Positions 1 to 12,222 of a stretch of DNA of 55,857 bases are shown piece after piece (the first letter of the stretch is position 1; every line of letters begins with the position of its first letter). Location of the stretch: positions 33,504,871-33,560,727 of the forward strand of contig NC_068984.1 in NCBI RefSeq assembly GCF_001194135.2. Reading direction: 5' to 3'. Under the pieces are notes generated by a model. The model saw nothing but the letters and a program-made list of their open reading frames with translations. It was not told where the DNA came from and searched no databases. A program made the translations under genes and the position numbers. Source of the DNA: Octopus bimaculoides (Eukaryota).

Positions 1-2
1 TC

Positions 3-432
3 TTTCAGTTCCATCAGGCGTTGATTTCTGGTCTCTATATCCTCTACAATAGTACATATTCTCCTGGCTAGGCAGTATGGTATGTTGCGTTTTGCATGGG
101 GTGGATGGCACGATTTAAAGTTCAAGTATTCGTGTGTGTCTGTGTGTTTGTAATATATATCTGTGGTAATGGCGGTGTTCTTTTTAATTACCATTATATC
201 TAGAAATGGTAATTTACTACTGTTCATCTCCTTTGTAAATTGGATGGATGGGTGTAGGTTGTTCAGGAGGGTGTTAAATTCTTCCACAATGCTTTGAGGT
301 TTGGTTCAGATTTTGAAGCAATCGTCCAGGTATCTCTTCCATGCTTTTTCTATAAGCTTCCTAAATTCGGTGTTATATCTTTCCTCTATTTCCTGATAGA
401 GTTTTTGTTCCAAGTAACCCATCACCGAATTC

Positions 433-434
<2 letters not shown>
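3..434 (-). mobile_element. Penelope-like element (PLE) reverse transcriptase fragment, pseudogenised
   Basis: My translation reads ANSVMGYLEQKLYQEIEERYNTEFRKLIEKAWKRYLDDCFKI*TKPQSIVEEFNTLLNNLHPSIQFTKEMNSSKLPFLDIMVIKKNTAITTDIYYKHTDTHEYLNFKSCHPPHAKRNIPYCLARRICTIVED. It shows the RYLDD catalytic motif and the PLE-typical LHPSIQFT / LPFLD / TDIYYK / SCHP thumb motifs, with one in-frame TGA at 306-308. It is cut by (GA)n at 435 and runs off the window start. Confidence 0.92.
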
Positions 435-485
<51 letters not shown>

Positions 486-510
486 TAGAGAGAGAGAGAG
501 AGAGAAAGAG
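435..510. repeat. (GA)n microsatellite
   Basis: Directly visible. Confidence 0.98.
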
Positions 511-1181
511 AAACAGACAGACAGGCAGATACACACACACAGTCAAAGAGTCAAAGAGACAGAGAGAGATAGATAATGCGCACACACACGCTCACTCACG
601 AATACACTCTCATATTATATATGCTGGAGTAACAACTAAGCAAAAGCGTCCTCATTGCAGGTGGTAAAATGATTAATTTAGAAAAAGCTGATGTTCCACT
701 CTGTTCCACTCTACTTCTATACTTCTCATATTTCCTCGCTACACAGTACACTTGAGACGGCATGACGTTAGTATTCGAAATCACAACACGTTTCTAAATG
801 GAGTTAATAACATATAATGATTATTACAACGGAATAATTTTTTGGAAAAAGTAACGCCTCGTATGTAAATATATGAATATTTAAAATTTCAAAAGATAGA
901 CACAATTTCAACGTTCCTGCTATATATAACATTAACTTGACGTTATTTATTCTCTATAATAACTATTGTATATGTTTGCCTTAACGTCTAAAAGAGTTAT
1001 AGTTTATAACTCGATATGCATATAGTTTGAATTATACATCTATAAGCCAGTGTTAATAACGCTAGCTTTCTTCATAGAATTTAACAATACAACAAACCTA
1101 TATCTTTTGCTACAGAAATATAAAAGAATTTTTGGAGCGTATAATTTTTTCCTATTCGTGTATATTTTACCGATCGAATGT

Positions 1182-1184
<3 letters not shown>

Positions 1185-1252
<68 letters not shown>
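1185..1252. repeat. (TG)n microsatellite
   Basis: Directly visible. Confidence 0.98.
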
Positions 1253-1255
<3 letters not shown>

Positions 1256-1751
1256 ATCATTTTAGGCTGCTTCTATGTGTGTGTTAGAATTTTATGTGAG
1301 TGCTAGGCAATATCTTAAAATTTGTGAAGCCGATCGTAGTGACTTTCTGTTCGTGGACACCAATTTATACAGGAAGCTCTATCAGAGCGATTCTGGGTTA
1401 ATGTAGCTTCAAAATTATACACTTGCAACTATTACGATTCAGTTAGCGTCAGTTAAATCATTTAGATTACCAGGTTCATTTCTTTATAATTAGGTTTATC
1501 ATAGCTACTTTGATTAGATCAACTTTGATTTACAACTAACGACTCGTCATCCAGATTTCGAGTTGGGGCTAATTGGCGTTGAATACGTTGAAAACTGACA
1601 GATGGATAATATGTATAAGTTCGTACGTGCATGTATGTGTATGAATATATGTATATGTGTGTATATCTATGCATGTATGAACGTATGTATAGTTATATAT
1701 CTGTCTATGAATGATCTTGATATATGTGCACGCACACAGTTGTGTGTGTGC

Positions 1752-1785
<34 letters not shown>

Positions 1786-2297
1786 NNNNNNNNNNNNNNN
1801 NNNNNNNNNNNNNNNNNNNNNNNNNNNNNNNNNNNNNNNNNNNNNNNNNNNNNNNNNNNNNNNNNNNNNNNNNNNNNNNNNNNNNNNNNNNNNNNNNNNN
1901 NNNNNNNNNNNNNNNNNNNNNNNNNNNNNNNNNNNNNNNNNNNNNNNNNNNNNNNNNNNNNNNNNNNNNNNNNNNNNNNNNNNNNNNNNNNNNNNNNNNN
2001 NNNNNNNNNNNNNNNNNNNNNNNNNNNNNNNNNNNNNNNNNNNNNNNNNNNNNNNNNNNNNNNNNNNNNNNNNNNNNNNNNNNNNNNNNNNNNNNNNNNN
2101 NNNNNNNNNNNNNNNNNNNNNNNNNNNNNNNNNNNNNNNNNNNNNNNNNNNNNNNNNNNNNNNNNNNNNNNNNNNNNNNNNNNNNNNNNNNNNNNNNNNN
2201 NNNNNNNNNNNNNNNNNNNNNNNNNNNNNNNNNNNNNNNNNNNNNNNNNNNNNNNNNNNNNNNNNNNNNNNNNNNNNNNNNNNNNNNNNNNNNNNNN

Positions 2298-2338
<41 letters not shown>

Positions 2339-3182
2339 CGTATACACCTTAAGCATGCATAAATGCAAATATCTCATTATACAATGTACGTAGCGTTGCA
2401 CAATCATACGTATTCCAATTAATATCCTTTTACTCTACACCGTGATTGACCCTTGTTGAATATCCTGTCAAATATATTGCGCGTTACCCAATGAATATAA
2501 CTGTAGCTAGTTAAATCTACCCAGATGTAATTAAGTATCATGAAGGCTGGAAGGCTCAGGGAGGACTCGTCAATTAACCAGTATTTTGATAGATTTCATT
2601 GCTCAATTTCGTATATGATCATGAAAAATCTGTAAGTCATCTTTTTATAAGCGCAGGTTTAGGACTGACAGTGATCACCTCAGTCGGTGGAGTTTCAATG
2701 TAGATTGAAATTAGCATTTTCAATTAACTGCTATTGTGGCACAATGTGTCAGACGTTAAAACTCATTACATTCTGACATATGTCACGAATAATTAGATTC
2801 ACATAACTTAGAGAGTTTCTTGACGGGACTATTATTTACGCAATGTCATAGCTGTGTTGTTAAGAAATTTGCATTACAAGATGATACAGAGTTCAGTCCC
2901 TTTTTTAGTAGATCGTGTATAGCACTCAGTTTACGATCAAAACTTGGATCTTGGGTGATTTCAATCGAATTCAATCTATTTCAAGCTTTCAAAGCAAGAT
3001 GATAATCTTCTCCTGTCAACCAGTCATCCAGGCTGTAAAAAGTATCAAATGAACTCCTATTCCTTATTTGATCTAGAAAGTAATGTTTGTATATGCATGA
3101 GAGTGTGTGTGGGTGTGTGTGCAAGTGTGGCGATGTGTGACGTAATTGAACGGTGCAGTGAGTGTCACTTGCATATTACTTT

Positions 3183-4800
3183 ACTTCAATAGTTTCTTTA
3201 ATAGGATGTTGTAGCCAACCTTCATAAATGTTTTGCTGAGGTAAATGACGTCAGCAATGAATCCCTGTTCCAGAGCCTTTAGGATGTCATCGTAGCTCTG
3301 TTAGGTGATCTTTGCGTTTGCTGAAACAATATTAGTTGGAAATAAATAGACTGTTACATTCTAGGATGTGAGTTACTCGAGATCTTACAAGTCTCAAATA
3401 AATTGATGATTTATTGCCATTTTTGCAATAGGGATAGGACATTTTCAGGAATATGTCCAGCGTTTTGTGGCTTCTCCATTGCGGACATCTCTCCTGAAAA
3501 ACTCTTGCAGAGAACTTGTTGGGACCTTCAGCTGAGTTGCTTACAATCTAATCAATAGCTGCTGCGATATTCGAGGCACCAAATCATATATCGGATAGGA
3601 TGGGCTGGGAGTTGTTTCAACGAAACTGTCAGGATTAACCATGCAGGGATAGCTGAAAGTGGAACAATATTGTTTCTGCCGAACCGCAGCTAGTCTTCTG
3701 CACCGTTATTCAGAGTGTCATCTCAACGGCTCTCTTTTATACTGTTGTCCTTTGACTACCAATGATAATCTTCATGCAGTTTTGAGAATAATATTTCTTT
3801 GATTCCAGTAAAGCTATATCTGTCAAGTACAGGCGTTGCCGCTGGCCATATTTTAGTCGACTGATTTTTCGATTAATCTTTCTTCTTTTTCTTGTAAGTG
3901 ATCTCCTGTTACGTGAGAGCCTGCGTTTAGCTTTGCTCAGGGGCCGTAGTTGAATGTGGTGTGAACGTATATTTGTGAAAATGTCTAGAAATAGCTGTCA
4001 AGATGCATTGATACTGCTTGTGGTGAGAGAATGACGGAAAAATCAATAAACTAGTGAAAGATCGTGGGCGACTGCCTTCCAGCTAGCAATGCCTAGACCT
4101 ATGTGGTCAAAAATGTCTGCTAGAGTGAGATCGTACTGATTAACTTTTTTGTTGCTGGGACTTCCAAACTACAGAGTTTGATAGCGTGGTCGCAAAAGGA
4201 TTTGTGTTTGTTCTATGATATTATGAATAGTGTCAGAGTGGTTACTAAACACTAAATCCAATGTGTTCTTCTTTAATATCGTTGGGACGAGCACAAAACT
4301 AGACAGGAACATTTCGTTCATGAATTTGTAATGTGATTCCACTGCTACTTTCCCTGCTGGTTGAAATGCACACACTTGTCTTCAAGGTATGAGTAGAGCA
4401 GTCAACACAGAGGAAATTAAGTCACCGATTTTTGAGAAAAATGATCATATTAACACTCTCAAATGAAAGACTTAATATTCATGAGGCATTCTTTAAAAGA
4501 CAGTGGTGGCACTAAATGTGGTATGTTGAGCCCTATTTTAGCTAGTCCATTAGTTTTCTTATATACAGACACTGATTCACAAGAACCATCGGAGAATGAG
4601 ATATTTGTATATACGGTAAATGAATACTGTAAGAAAATAACATAACTACTTTTCTTCTGCAGCGGCGGTTTGTGTGAATGGTGGCGTAACCCTTCGCCTT
4701 TTATTTGACTTCCAAGTGAGAGTTGTTAAGATGAGTCTCAATAGGAACGCAGAAAAGAAAATGATGAGTTTAGTGGGCAACCCAGTCTGCAATGAACTCA
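3183..4800 (-). mobile_element. Decayed CR1/L2/Jockey-group LINE ORF2 (AP endonuclease plus N-terminal half of RT)
   Basis: Motifs in the expected order on the minus strand: ETHLNNSHLEVK*KAKGYATIHTNRR (about 4660-4740, APE N-terminus); NEMFLSSFVLVPTILKKNTLDLVFSNHSDTIHNI (about 4220-4325, APE C-terminus); RVTHILECNSLFISN*YCF and YDDILKALEQGFIADVIYLSKTFMKVGYNILLKKL (about 3190-3380, RT). Many stops and frameshifts. Confidence 0.8.
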
Positions 4801-5199
4801 ACATGCCATCTTTTTTTAATTGAAAGATGAACTGATACCCTTTGCATTCAGCAAGACTTTTGAGGCTGGAGAAGTGAACGAAAGGGACTTATGGCTCTTT
4901 GGGAGCGAAGAGGGTTGTTTCTTGTTTGGAGCAGTAATAGGGTTTGGTGGTGTGTGATAGACCAGATATTTTCCCGAATCTCTTTTGCAAGGTTCTGTAT
5001 GGATAAAACGAAAGAAGAATTTACCTGAGTAGGGAGATTGTGGTCACAGGAGTTGTGGTTACACTGAGAGTTTTGTTGGTTGTTTGATTTGTTAGTTTTC
5101 CTGCTGAATTTTCTTCCATTACCCGGGTTGATGGAGAAATTTGTGCCAGAATTATTGCTTTTGCTTAGTTGCCCTTGGGTGTTCTCTTGCTACCTTAAT

Positions 5200-5200
<1 letters not shown>

Positions 5201-5259
<59 letters not shown>

Positions 5260-5312
5260 GATGAGGAGGAGGAGGAGGAGGAGGAGGAGGAGAAGCAGCA
5301 GCAGCAGCAGCT
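5201..5312. repeat. Compound (AGT)n-(GGA)n-(GCA)n microsatellite
   Basis: Directly visible. Confidence 0.97.
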
Positions 5313-7293
5313 GCAGTTATAATGACGCGTCGATGGTGATGGTGTTGAGTCTCTTGTGGTATGATGGCTAAGAAGACTTTGTTGTTGCGTCCGTCGTTGC
5401 AGTTACTGTTGTTGCTGGTGTTAAGTGTAATTAGCGTTCTGATTGTCGATGTGATTGTTGTTGCAGTAGTTGGGTTTTGGGGGCTGCTCATCGCAAGCAG
5501 TGTTTGTCTCAAAGATTTGAGTGAGTTTAACCATGTGGTTAATTATGGTATAATATGTAAGTAGTTATTTGCTTCAGTTTGTTTTGAAGTTGTCTCTCTT
5601 GGCGGTTGTTAAAAAGGTGAACAACTCTTTTGACAATGAAATTTATACATTAAGTATGGATGTTCTATTTTCAGAAAGAATGAACCATGCGTTAATGAGA
5701 ATGTCGATTTCACTGTCAGACCAGTTACGATTATTGTGGACGTGTTGTGTCGACATCGTAGCGTTTCTTTGTTTTTCTACTCTTGTTGTCAGGAACTACT
5801 TAATCATTATCGCTTTGGGTTTATAATGCCGGGTTTATAATTATGCTGAAATGGACAGAGATATTTAGGTTGATTTTTCTTAGTCTGTGCATAAAAACAG
5901 AAATATGGGTAACAACAGCAACTAAAATAAGCAAATTATAAACAAGATATTTGTTTTGTGGAGCATTGTTTAAGAAGAGACAACGATATTCGTATACATT
6001 GCAATACTGAAAATTTTGCTAAAATATTGTGTTAATATGTGTCTCTTTCTAAACAGAAATATTGTATACATATGGATATTTGTCTATAAGATATTGTATG
6101 CTTACAAAATAACCAAATACTTTTAAAAATTCAGTGACTCAAAATATGAGAGTCACACATTGCCGCCGTGGCACAGTTGCTGGCGACCGGCTTGAGAAAA
6201 CATGTCTATAAAGTTTGCGAGCCAAACAATACAATTCATAATTTCTTCACGGGATACACAATATCATATCTGCAACAGATGGAATTACGTTGTAAGTGGT
6301 GTCTGTGGATTTTCAAGGCACGTTACGGTCTTAAAAATGAGAAATACAGAGGTAAAGAGTGGACTATATTTTTTTAAATCCGTATGTATGTAGTGTCTCT
6401 TCTATTTTTAATTACTCAACTTCTATTACTGTGGAAGGAGCTGGCTTCTAACAAAGATACGAAGCTCTATCCTTACAATGTACATAACAAAAACAGCGTT
6501 ACATTTTAAACATGCAAGATGCGAGTCAGTTGGTTGAGTTCATTGGATCTAGTTCAAAACGGGGGCACCAGTATTTTCTTAACGAAACACTTTGAAACTT
6601 GAGACACTGGTAGAATGTGTCATATAAAACATCTTTTTCTCTTAGTCTTCTTAAGAAAAATTATTATATTGCAACTTATTTTACGTTAAAGTTGTCGTAT
6701 TTCTGTAATTTCAACCAATGACTGACGTCCATTCAGCCGAATACAGTAAGTGCTGACTACGTAAACAAACGATTCTCAAACGATTCTGGCGGTGATAAAA
6801 TTATTATTTCGTTGTCAAAAAATGGCTGAAGCATATTGGCAGTAGCTAATAAACCTTTCTATTANNNNNNNNNNNNNNNNNNNNNNNNNNNNNNNNNNNN
6901 NNNNNNNNNNNNNNNNNNNNNNNNNNNNNNNNNNNNNNNNNNNNNNNNNNNNNNNNNNNNNNNNNNNNNNNNNNNNNNNNNNNNNNNNNNNNNNNNNNNN
7001 NNNNNNNNNNNNNNNNNNNNNNNNNNNNNNNNNNNNNNNNNNNNNNNNNNNNNNNNNNNNNNNNNNNNNNNNNNNNNNNNNNNNNNNNNNNNNNNNNNNN
7101 NNNNNNNNNNNNNNNNNNNNNNNNNNNNNNNNNNNNNNNNNNNNNNNNNNNNNNNNNNNNNNNNNNNNNNNNNNNNNNNNNNNNNNNNNNNNNNNNNNNN
7201 NNNNNNNNNNNNNNNNNNNNNNNNNNNNNNNNNNNNNNNNNNNNNNNNNNNNNNNNNNNNNNNNNNNNNNNNNNNNNNNNNNNNNNNNNNNNN

Positions 7294-7294
<1 letters not shown>

Positions 7295-7349
<55 letters not shown>

Positions 7350-7392
7350 ACACACACATACACACAAACAAACAGGCAAACAAACACACACA
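7295..7392. repeat. (CA)n microsatellite at gap edge
   Basis: Directly visible. Confidence 0.97.
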
Positions 7393-7399
7393 CGCGTGT

Positions 7400-7900
7400 A
7401 TAAATATATAATTTGATATTGAAGCTAGAGACTTCGAAGTAGTTGTCCATAGCTGTCCTCTTTGTTGTTACTTTTCAAAGATGTATGAACATCAGCAATT
7501 CAGCTGACCTCTAATGATGGTACCTACTTTTACCTGTCTATTCCAAACAACAATATCCAACCTATTATGGTTACATTGAAAGGCGTTTTTAAAGGAGTCT
7601 TCCATCAGTATTCATTGTACTGACGTTTGTGTATGTATTCTGTAAGCGGGATTCTCAATATTTATTCCAGTAGAGTCTTTTTTCTGAACAACATGGTTCG
7701 TTTTTACGAAAGCGTCATATTGCATAGGATGGTAGTATATTGATAAAAATTTCGGTGCTGCTGTTAATCGTATGTGTGATGTCTTTCAGCGAAATAAGAT
7801 GTAATCTACAGATTCAGTTGTATCTTGGTGCTTCAAGGGCTTCGCTGTATCTTTCACTTCTTAGCTGTTTCGTAGCAATCTCTGTAGGCAGTTTTGCATA
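7400..7900 (-). mobile_element. Decayed R4/Dong/NeSL-type non-LTR retrotransposon fragment (zinc knuckle plus RLE endonuclease)
   Basis: Minus-strand pieces: EIATKQLRSER; ICRLHLISLKDITHTINSS (degenerate CCHC); YYHPMQYDAFVK (RHD position); CNHNRLDIVVWNRQVKVGTII; EVS*IADVHTSLKSNNKEDSYGQLLRSL. Their order matches the RLE PD..D..K region. Confidence 0.72.
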
Positions 7901-8244
7901 ATTACACGAAAATGAAACCATTTCAGAGTCCAAATGGCATGAATCTGGATACAAAAAGAATATACAGTAAACATTATGACCCCACCCCCTGATCTATAGC
8001 GTATCTATTGAATTTAACCGCACTATAACATTTACAGTGATAAAGTTTGTGAAGGGTTTACGGATAAGAAAGCTTCTTTTCATTTCCAATACTAACTACA
8101 CCATTTATTATTACAATTATATGTTTGACTTTTGCATTATATTTCTACAAGTTGAATCCAAGTCACACACAGAGACCTCAAGAGACAAGTTAGAAGTTCA
8201 AGTTGGTAATATGCCTAGAAAATGTTTAAGAAAACATAAGAAAA

Positions 8245-8745
8245 TTTATTATTATTACTATTGTTATTATGTTGTTTTTCTTTTTCCTTCTTTCTTCAAA
8301 TTTTCTTCCATTTCTCGCCGAGTGTTTTCCGTACACCTAGGGCAGAGAAGCTCATTGTATGCATTCCCAGTTTACACACGCAAATTCACAGGTAAAATAT
8401 GTATGAAACAAAAAAATAAATAAATAAATTCATAAATGGATGTTGTTTTCACAGCGATAATGCTCTTCTCAGTACATGAGTCGTTCCAGTTAACACGATT
8501 TTTTGCACTTCCTGGTAAGCCTGGTATCATTTTCAAATAGGTTTCAGTACCTTTTTTTTTAACATTCCTATAGACCCTATAATCACTGGTACGGTAGTCG
8601 CCTTGAGATGCCACGTTTTTTTCAGTTTCTTTTAGCAAGTCTTTATATTTACTGATCTTGCCAAATTCTTTCGCCGCTATATTCTGATAGCAAGGAATAC
8701 TCATGCCAATTTGCCGCTATATTCTGATCGCAAGGATACTCATGT
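8245..8745 (-). mobile_element. 5'-truncated R4/Dong-like element: RLE C-terminus, 3'UTR and (AAT)-like tail
   Basis: KEFGKISKYKDLLKETEK...(frameshift)..QKIVLTGTTHVLRRALS, then a 3'UTR homologous to 53856-54135 in inverted orientation. A 40-bp-period tandem duplication lies at its 5' end (8673-8744). Confidence 0.85.
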
Positions 8746-8759
8746 CATCCTCTGTTTAG

Positions 8760-8870
8760 ACGAATTTCCTACCTTTTCGGACAAAACCTTTTGTAACCTT
8801 CGTCCTGTCTTTGTCCTTATATGTTTTTAATTGATATTAGCCCTTGTGGCCAATAAAACGAATTAATTAT
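8760..8870 (+). mobile_element. 3' end of a Tx1-like LINE (3'UTR stub and tail)
   Basis: Ends in ttgtggccaataaa followed by (ATT)/(GTT)n, as does the Tx1-like 3'UTR at 10680-10745. Confidence 0.55.
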
Positions 8871-9075
8871 TATTGTTGTTGTTGTTGTTGTTGTTGTTTG
8901 TGTTGTGTTTGTTGTTGTTTGTTGTTGCTTTTGTTGTTTTGTTGTTGTTTTTGTTGTTGTCTTTTGTTGTTGTTTTTGTTGTTGTCTTTTGTTGTTGTTT
9001 TTGTTGTTGTTGTTTTTGTTTTTGCTGTTGTTGTTGTTGTTGTTTTTGTTGTTTTTGTTTGTTGTCGTTGTTGTT
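8870..9075. repeat. Degenerate (TTG)n tract
   Basis: Directly visible. Confidence 0.95.
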
Positions 9076-9680
9076 ACTATTACACCGAGAAAGGGTGCTT
9101 GGCACCTGGAGTACCGGCATGAGTTATATTCAGTTGGGCAATGCGGTCGATAGAACTTCCACTTCGGAGATATAGAGGGAATTATTGACGGCAAGAGCGA
9201 CGATGTCCTCAGGGAAGTTCAGGCCGTTAAGAAGGGCAATTAGATAGTCTTTTCTGAGGGACTTTTGGGCCGGAACCTATTGATAATGTTCAGAAGTCCG
9301 TTACCGGGCAGTGCTATTTAGGAATTCTGCCACTCTGAGACAATCACTACAGTCTGAAAAGTGCTGTAAGACGGACCTGCCTGAAATGTACGTAGGAGGA
9401 AGAAACCGTTCCGCATGCACTCGTCCAGTGTCCGGGCATTGCTGACTTGTGGAGTTTTGTTGAGCAGCTGTTGACGCGTGTAAAACGGATTTGGATATTG
9501 GCTGAATCCATCCTGAAGATCACTCAACCGCCTTCTTTTGGCCGGGAAAGGAAAGCAGTTTTCCTTTCTCTGGTGCCTATGGCGAGAGAGTACAGTTCTA
9601 TATTTAACAAATGAGAAATTACGTACATTATTTACATTATTTTCATTCGACGGATATTTGTCTTCTTGTTATTTGTTGTT

Positions 9681-9726
9681 AACACAACGTTTCGGCTCAT
9701 ATACCCTCCAGCCTTCATCAGATGTC
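9681..9726 (-). ncRNA. Minimal type I hammerhead ribozyme motif (PLE-type)
   Basis: Minus strand reads GACAU-CUGAUGA-A-GGCU(ggagggtatatg)AGCC-GAAAC-GUU-GUGUU. It has the CUGAUGA and GAAA cores, a 4-bp stem II, a 5-bp stem I, and stem III reduced to palindromic ACGU. Predicted cleavage is between 9686 and 9685. Activity untested. Confidence 0.75.
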
Positions 9727-9773
9727 TTGGAGAAATTTCGAACCTGGGTTCTCATTTCTAACGTATTTTCCGA

Positions 9774-9891
<118 letters not shown>

Positions 9892-9899
9892 GTTGCTGA

Positions 9900-9971
9900 G
9901 GTCACTACTTGGATTCGAACTCGGAATCTTGGGGTTGGTAGCCCGCACTCTTAACCACTACTACATATGCC
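9900..9971 (-). promoter_or_regulatory. tRNA-derived SINE head with Pol III A and B boxes
   Basis: Minus strand ggcatatgtagtagtggttaagagtgcgggctaccaaccccaagattccgagttcgaatccaagtagtgacc. A box TAGTGGTTAAG at 9950-9960, B box GTTCGAATCC at 9911-9920. The acceptor stem is poor, so this is not called a tRNA gene. Confidence 0.8.
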
Positions 9972-9977
9972 TATGGG

Positions 9978-10083
<106 letters not shown>

Positions 10084-10145
10084 GCAACAACAACAACATC
10101 GAAAAATACCTTAGGAATGAGAACTCAGGTTCGAAATTTCCCCAA

Positions 10146-10191
10146 GACACTTGATGAAGGCTGGAGAGTATATCAGCCGAAACGTTGTGTT
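10146..10191 (+). ncRNA. Minimal type I hammerhead motif, inverted second copy (C3U variant)
   Basis: GACAC-UUGAUGA-A-GGCUG(gagagtatat)CAGCC-GAAAC-GUU-GUGUU, with 5-bp stem II and 5-bp stem I. Predicted cleavage is between 10186 and 10187. Confidence 0.7.
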
Positions 10192-12201
10192 AACAACAAA
10201 CAAGATGAGGACAGATATCGTTGAATGTAAATAATTTAAATAATGTAAATAATATGGTGAGAGAGGTTTTGTGCTGGACGAAATTGGAAGGACGGACGAC
10301 AGTACTTTCCTCTTGAGTCAAGTCCTCATCGACTTTCTCAAGCTCCACTTGAACAGAAGAAGAAAGTAAAGTGAGGTGGAGAGGGAAGTACTTCCTACCC
10401 AACACAGTAATTTTGTTGAAAGCCAGGTGAATATAGCGAGGACGGCCCGTGTGAATGGGCCAACACTGAATATACGCTTGTAAGCTGGAAGAGTTGAAAA
10501 GGAGGGAGACATATTTTGAGGTTCCTCTGGTGGTTGGGATAACCAACATGTGCTGGACTGCTTAGTTATCCCTCGATGGCACACCCAATTTTCAGAAAAT
10601 TTTATTGTTGATTTTCTGTTGTTAGCCGTTCTTGTTTCATTTTATTTTATACACGGATTATGTGCTGAACACTACTTGTCTTTTGTGTTGCCTTGTCCCT
10701 TTCCATTTTGTGTTCGTACCCTGATTGTGGCCAATAAAGAAAAGAGTATTATTATTATTATCCTAATTATTATTATTACTATTGTTGTTGTTGTTGTTGT
10801 CGTTTGATATCTACATAAAGCAGTATGGTTCGTCTTGGGGTACATTTCGCATCTGAATGACTTCAAAAACGTCGCAGTATCATAAAACTGAATAGCACCT
10901 CTTGAATTATCTCTTGCACCTCTTGAATTTTCATTGTACCTGACATTTTCAAACACTTTAATCGTTGTACTGCAGGCTTACTCGATCTTAGGAAATATTA
11001 ACTACTAATTTAAAATATTATCGTTAGATGGGTAAATGTCATAAACGTCAACTAATGAATAAACTTGAGATTTAAGAATTATTGTTTCTATCATTCTATG
11101 ATAGTGAAGATATTGTGTCTATGCCACATGCTTAAATTTCTAAGAGTAAAAACTAAATGTTTTGTCGAAAGAAAGGAGATACTTCAGGTGACGATTATAG
11201 AAGATATATGTTTTTGATACGCACTGATATACTTTCGAAATTATAGAGCTTGCGTAAATGTTCATTGATTACTTTCGATTCATACCTGATATCAATTTCG
11301 TTATGTGCAAATGAAGCTGGTTAAATACACATTTCCTCTCCTGTCCTGCGATCTCATAATTGTCAGATTTGTTGCTGAAATAAGAAATGGTTAAAATTTA
11401 CATATAAAATATTTTGCCAAAATGTTCCTTCATCTCTCTACACATATATCTGTGTATGACATATACAAATATTCTGCTGGCCCTTGTCTCTCATGAGAAC
11501 TTAGTTTATATTATCATCTTGACAGCTAGTTGACATGTCAAATAGGAAGAAATGTGGCTTCTATTCAAAATTATTTTTGTAACTCACTACTTTTAGCAAA
11601 CCTTACAAGTGAATAATAATCTCATTTAGAGCTCCTTTTAATAGTAATAGGATCCCAAACCTTTCATCTTCCTTTAGATTCAGGCTCGAGAGTTCGATCT
11701 GAAATCACAAAATATTTAATCGTTCGCTTAACATAGAACATATAATCAGATTATAAGATAAGCCTCAATTACTTGGGTTTCCTCTTTTCAAGCAATCTCA
11801 CTTTGAAGAAAATATTTTCTCGACTACAAATACATTTATTTATTTCCCTCCAACTATTTCTAAATTTAGTACACGTAATAAATCTAAGGATTAAAATTAC
11901 ATTTGAAATATAATATATGATATTGTCATATTTTAACAGCGATAACTTCCACTTGTTGCCGATTATAACAATGTAATGCATTGGGTACCACGTGTAAGTA
12001 ATGAATACTTGCGAAGCTGCGACGGCAATGCAGTTTCAGTTTCTAGTTGTATCATTTCAGTCACTACCTGAATTTGTTCTTCGTGTTAATATTGCTGTTA
12101 ATATTTTCATTTCTGACTCCACATCAGTTCTGAGTGAACAGAGCCATGATCAAAGTGGCTCAAGCCATGATGATCTCATGTTTTTTTTTCTTTCTTTTCA
12201 G

Positions 12202-12222
12202 GCATACGGTATATATAAGACT
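12202..12222 (+). CDS. Candidate 21-nt microexon of an unidentified host gene
   Basis: Acceptor tttttttttctttcttttcag, exon GCATACGGTATATATAAGACT, donor gtaagt. Open as AYGIYKT (phase 0) or HTVYIR(L) (phase 2). No transcript support available. Confidence 0.5.

Noticed and set aside
2410-3070. Faint PLE-like RT traces on the minus strand (ITQDPSFDRKL, NEIYQNTG, RNIFDRIF)
   Set aside because: Motifs are too degenerate and split across frames to separate from chance without a profile search.
5650-5765. Peptide MSTQHVHNNRNWSDSEIDILINAW resembling a Myb/SANT first helix
   Set aside because: Stops after 37 aa, with no remaining helices, splice signals or Harbinger nuclease nearby.
6540-6830. Sequence reminiscent of a DNA-transposon subterminal repeat
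   Set aside because: No second copy, TIR or TSD is visible in the window, and it runs toward a gap.
9900-9971. Possible tRNA gene
   Set aside because: A and B boxes and an anticodon-like arm are present, but there is no proper acceptor stem and it is embedded in a TSD-flanked element. Treated as a SINE head.
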